From Candidatus Heimdallarchaeota archaeon (GTDB lineage: Archaea; Asgardarchaeota; Heimdallarchaeia; Hodarchaeales; Hodarchaeaceae), in NCBI GenBank assembly GCA_020353515.1, contig CP070695.1, positions 3,520,050 through 3,584,049 on the forward strand: a stretch of 64,000 nucleotides of DNA, written 5' to 3'. Position numbers and translations under genes: made by a program. The notes beneath the pieces were generated by a model. The model saw only the letters and a list, made by a program, of their open reading frames with translations. It did not search any database and had not been told where the DNA came from. Shown piece by piece: positions 60,984-64,000 of this stretch (the first letter of the stretch is position 1; each line of letters begins with the position of its first letter).

Positions 60984-61310
60984 ATGATCCCCCAAATTTC
61001 AATCAATGAAATGATTAAGAAAATAAAAAAGCCTTGGAGCCCAGTTGTGATTGCTAGGGTTAATGATCAAGTTATACGCCTAGCGATGTTCAAAGGTTCT
61101 TATCCAATGCACAAACATTCTAATGAGGATGAATTATTCTACGTTTACCAAGGGAAAATTTCAATCCAATTAGAAAAGGGCGAAAAAATTATTCTCAAGC
61201 AAGGAGAAATGACTGTGGTTCCCAAGGGTGAGAATCACAGTCCTATAAGCGAAGAAGAAAGCTTTGTCTTAATGTTTGAACCATCCATATTAGAAAGCAG
61301 AGGAGATTAA
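60984..61310 (+). CDS. Cupin-domain protein
   Basis: HKHSNEDELFYV, VVPKGENHSP. Confidence 0.9.
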   Translation: MIPQISINEMIKKIKKPWSPVVIARVNDQVIRLAMFKGSYPMHKHSNEDELFYVYQGKISIQLEKGEKIILKQGEMTVVPKGENHSPISEEESFVLMFEPSILESRGD

Positions 61311-61340
61311 CACATATTTCCATAAATCTAAGCTACTTAA

Positions 61341-62609
61341 ATGGTATTTATAATGGACTTAGAAAATACTTTCTTTGAGTTAATTGATAAAGTAAATAAT
61401 GCTTTGGATAATACAACGCAAATTAATGCTAGAAAATATGCTTTAGAATTGATTACAAATCAGAAGAACTATTCACTTGAGAAAATCCCTAAAACCGAGT
61501 TAAAAGAAAAACTCCGACGTATTAAAGAAGATTGGCTTGATAAAATACCAGATTTATTAAAATTAGCAAAGCAAGGATTGAATTCTGTTGGGTGTGAAAT
61601 CTATTATGCCGAGACTCCAGATGAAGCACTCCAATATATAGAAAATATCGTGGGAAGCAAGAAATTAGTTGTGAAATCAAAAACAAATGCAGGATCGGAA
61701 ATTGGTCTTGTAAAATATCTTGAATCACGCAGAAATGAGGTTATCGAAACTGATCTAGGCGATCGGATTGTTCAGATGAGGAAAGAAAGAGGTACTCATC
61801 CAATTGCGCCAGCTATTCATGTTTCCAGAGAAGAAGTAGCTGAAATTTTCGAACTACCATCATCTGCAACAGTTGACGAAATTATAGCTAAAGCAAGAGG
61901 AGAAATTCGCAAGTATATTGTTGCTGCTGATGTTGGAATTTCAGGCTGCAATGCACTTGCTGCAGAAGAAGGTGCAATATTTCTTTGTGAAAATGAAGGA
62001 AATATACGATTCATATCGAATGCACCACCGATACATATTGCCATTTGTCCTTTGAATAAGATTGTACCAAACATTGACACAGCTTTCACTCAAATTAGAT
62101 TACTCTCTGTTTATGCAACAGGTCAAATAACACCTGTATATTTGTCAATGATTTCTGGTCCAAGCAAAACAGGTGATATTGAGTTTGATGTACGAAATGG
62201 AATGCATGGTCCAAAAGAAGTTCATGTGATATTGCTTGACAATCATCGAATAGAAGCTAGTAAGAGTCCTCTGAAAGAATCTCTACTTTGTATAGGGTGT
62301 GGTTCTTGTATTAATGAGTGTCCAGTTTATGAGCAATTAGGAATTGCCTTTGGAGGGCCAACATATGTTGGTCCGATTGGTATTGTTCACACAGCAGTTT
62401 TAACTGGGATCCAAACAGCAGTGGAATCAGGTCTAAATTTTTGTACAATGTGTAAGAGATGTGCCGATGTTTGTCCAGTTGATATTCCAATACCTGATCT
62501 CATCAAATATATAAGAGAATGTGCAACAGAAAAGGGATTCCTTTTACCTCCACTAGCAGACATTGAAAAGAGAATCGAGATGACTGGAAATCCATTTGGA
62601 AAAGTGTGA
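61341..62609 (+). CDS. LUD-domain 4Fe-4S protein (LutB/YkgF-like)
   Basis: ETDLGD, HPIAPA, ENEGN, GPSKTGDIE, HGP; CIGCGSCINECP and CTMCKRCADVCP. Confidence 0.9.
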   Translation: MVFIMDLENTFFELIDKVNNALDNTTQINARKYALELITNQKNYSLEKIPKTELKEKLRRIKEDWLDKIPDLLKLAKQGLNSVGCEIYYAETPDEALQYIENIVGSKKLVVKSKTNAGSEIGLVKYLESRRNEVIETDLGDRIVQMRKERGTHPIAPAIHVSREEVAEIFELPSSATVDEIIAKARGEIRKYIVAADVGISGCNALAAEEGAIFLCENEGNIRFISNAPPIHIAICPLNKIVPNIDTAFTQIRLLSVYATGQITPVYLSMISGPSKTGDIEFDVRNGMHGPKEVHVILLDNHRIEASKSPLKESLLCIGCGSCINECPVYEQLGIAFGGPTYVGPIGIVHTAVLTGIQTAVESGLNFCTMCKRCADVCPVDIPIPDLIKYIRECATEKGFLLPPLADIEKRIEMTGNPFGKV

Positions 62610-63316
62610 GAATAATGGTAGGAAATATTCTTCTATTTCATGGTTGTATGAACCGTTTCTATACCTCTCGAATTTCTGAAGCAACAGAAAAAATATTAAC
62701 AAAAGCAAAGGTTGAGTACATAAATTTAGACAACGAGGAGTGTTGTGGATTCATCTTATATGAAAATGGACAAGAAAAAACAGCAAAAGGATTAATGAAG
62801 AAGAATCAAGAGATTTTTTCAGGATTAAAGGAAGTCGATACAATTCTTACCAGCTGTCCCACATGTGCTTATATTTTCAAAAAACATTATCCAAAATATC
62901 TGAAAAATTTCGATTATAACATTATTCACGTTACAGAATTACTGGCAAGGTTAATCGAAGAGAAAAAAATTGATATTCCTAAGAAAAATATTAGTGTTAC
63001 TTATCACGATCCATGTCATCTTTTACGAGGCCTCCAGATCACCGAAGAACCACGGAACATTTTAAACGCTGTATTGGAAGGAAATATTATGGAAATGGAT
63101 CATTCTCGTGAAGCGTCAAAATGTTGTGGTGCTGGAAGTGGTGTACGCCTTTCATTTAGTCGAATTGCCCAAACTCTTGCACGAGATCGTATTGCAGAAG
63201 CAAAAAAAACTGATGCTTCTGTACTAGTAACGTCATGTCCCACGTGTATGCTTCATCTTCAAGAAAATGCAAAAATTCTAAAAGTAATAGATATTGTTGA
63301 AATAATTAATCTTTAA
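62606..63316 (+). CDS. CCG-domain Fe-S protein (HdrD/GlcF/LutA-like)
   Basis: ECCG, TSCPTC, YHDPCHL, CCGAG, TSCPTC; GTGA overlap with the upstream gene. Confidence 0.9.
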   Translation: MRIMVGNILLFHGCMNRFYTSRISEATEKILTKAKVEYINLDNEECCGFILYENGQEKTAKGLMKKNQEIFSGLKEVDTILTSCPTCAYIFKKHYPKYLKNFDYNIIHVTELLARLIEEKKIDIPKKNISVTYHDPCHLLRGLQITEEPRNILNAVLEGNIMEMDHSREASKCCGAGSGVRLSFSRIAQTLARDRIAEAKKTDASVLVTSCPTCMLHLQENAKILKVIDIVEIINL

Positions 63317-63358
63317 CTTCCTTGAGGTTCATTCTATAGAGTAAAATGATGAACAGTT

Positions 63359-64000
63359 ATGGATTTCTTGTTAGTTCATTTGAGCAGTATACAACAAGTA
63401 GCTCGGTTATTATCTGAGATTTTAGCTTTTTTTGGCTTCTTTGGAATAGCTTTTTCCATTGGAATACTCTTACGAAATTATTTACGTACAAAATCCCTTG
63501 ATTATCTTATCGTCGCAGGTATATTCTTTTTCATGAGTTTAATCTTATTTATAGGTGTGTTTGCTGTTCAAATAGTCCCTCCGATATCAGAACCTTTAGA
63601 GAAAATAACTCTATTTATTGTTGCTATTCTTTGGGGTATTCTAATTTTTCTCATTTTTCTTCATGTCCTTAGATTGAAATATGATTGGAATTCAATTCCC
63701 AAAATTTTATGGTTTTTTACAGTCTTATGGTATTTGTTATATTCAATAGTCGCATTTCTCATAACTTCTTTGGAGACCATATCTGGAATAATCTATACTC
63801 TCTCTATTTTTGTAATATTTATGTCTTATTTGACGATTGGAGTTTTTTTAACATTTGTTTATATTTCAGTGACTCCTGTCAAACCAACTGATAGAATTGA
63901 ATTAGTCAGAAAAGTGTATATACTGTTTGGAATAATTATGATAATGATGAGCTTAAACCAATTTCTTTTTGGATCTCTTTTCATCATTACGAATGACATA
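63359..64000 (+). CDS. Multi-pass membrane protein, runs off the window end (partial)
   Basis: Hand translation is open from ATG 63359 (MDFLLVHLSSIQQVARLLSEILAFFG...) to the end, with about 6 TM segments. Confidence 0.75.
   Translation, partial: MDFLLVHLSSIQQVARLLSEILAFFGFFGIAFSIGILLRNYLRTKSLDYLIVAGIFFFMSLILFIGVFAVQIVPPISEPLEKITLFIVAILWGILIFLIFLHVLRLKYDWNSIPKILWFFTVLWYLLYSIVAFLITSLETISGIIYTLSIFVIFMSYLTIGVFLTFVYISVTPVKPTDRIELVRKVYILFGIIMIMMSLNQFLFGSLFIITNDI

Noticed and set aside
875-62089. Many 60-160 aa ORFs antisense to or nested within well-supported genes (e.g. 875-1078, 11716-12051, 24462-24881, 25010-25486, 54264-54641)
   Set aside because: Shadow ORFs with no motifs, overlapping confident genes
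63685-63891. 68-aa ORF in the track
   Set aside because: Out-of-frame shadow of the longer membrane-protein ORF starting at 63359
1-64000. Mobile element, provirus, rRNA or tRNA
   Set aside because: No integrase, transposase, capsid, terminal repeats or GC-rich structured RNA tracts were recognised by eye

Overview
A gene-dense, AT-rich (roughly one-third GC by eye) archaeal chromosomal segment, most likely from an Asgard archaeon (Heimdallarchaeia/Hodarchaeales-like). This placement is inferred from a Roadblock/LC7 protein, a longin-wHTH fusion, a long TPR protein, a short archaeal-type PurA and archaeal AMP phosphorylases. Most of the window is metabolic. It has a nucleotide salvage/degradation block (two AMP-phosphorylase paralogs, a tandem-SIS/PHI-like protein, a HAD hydrolase, a purine PRTase, purB, purA), fatty-acid/acyl-CoA genes (two thiolases, SCP2, an HAD/ECH fusion, abfD), two ABC systems, malQ, pepD, PLP enzymes and a LutB/CCG pair. 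I found no rRNA, tRNA, CRISPR array or transposase. The main candidates for undescribed biology are: (i) a two-gene operon of uncharacterised multi-domain DNA-binding proteins (31287-32963) behind an AT-rich array of two repeat classes; (ii) an orphan CheR methyltransferase fused to two C2H2-type zinc fingers; (iii) tandem AMP phosphorylases with complementary active-site substitutions next to a double PHI-like protein; (iv) a four-ATPase double UvrA coupled to an alpha/alpha-barrel protein. Two small ORFs missing from the ORF track were also found. All family calls are from motif recognition by eye, not database searches.
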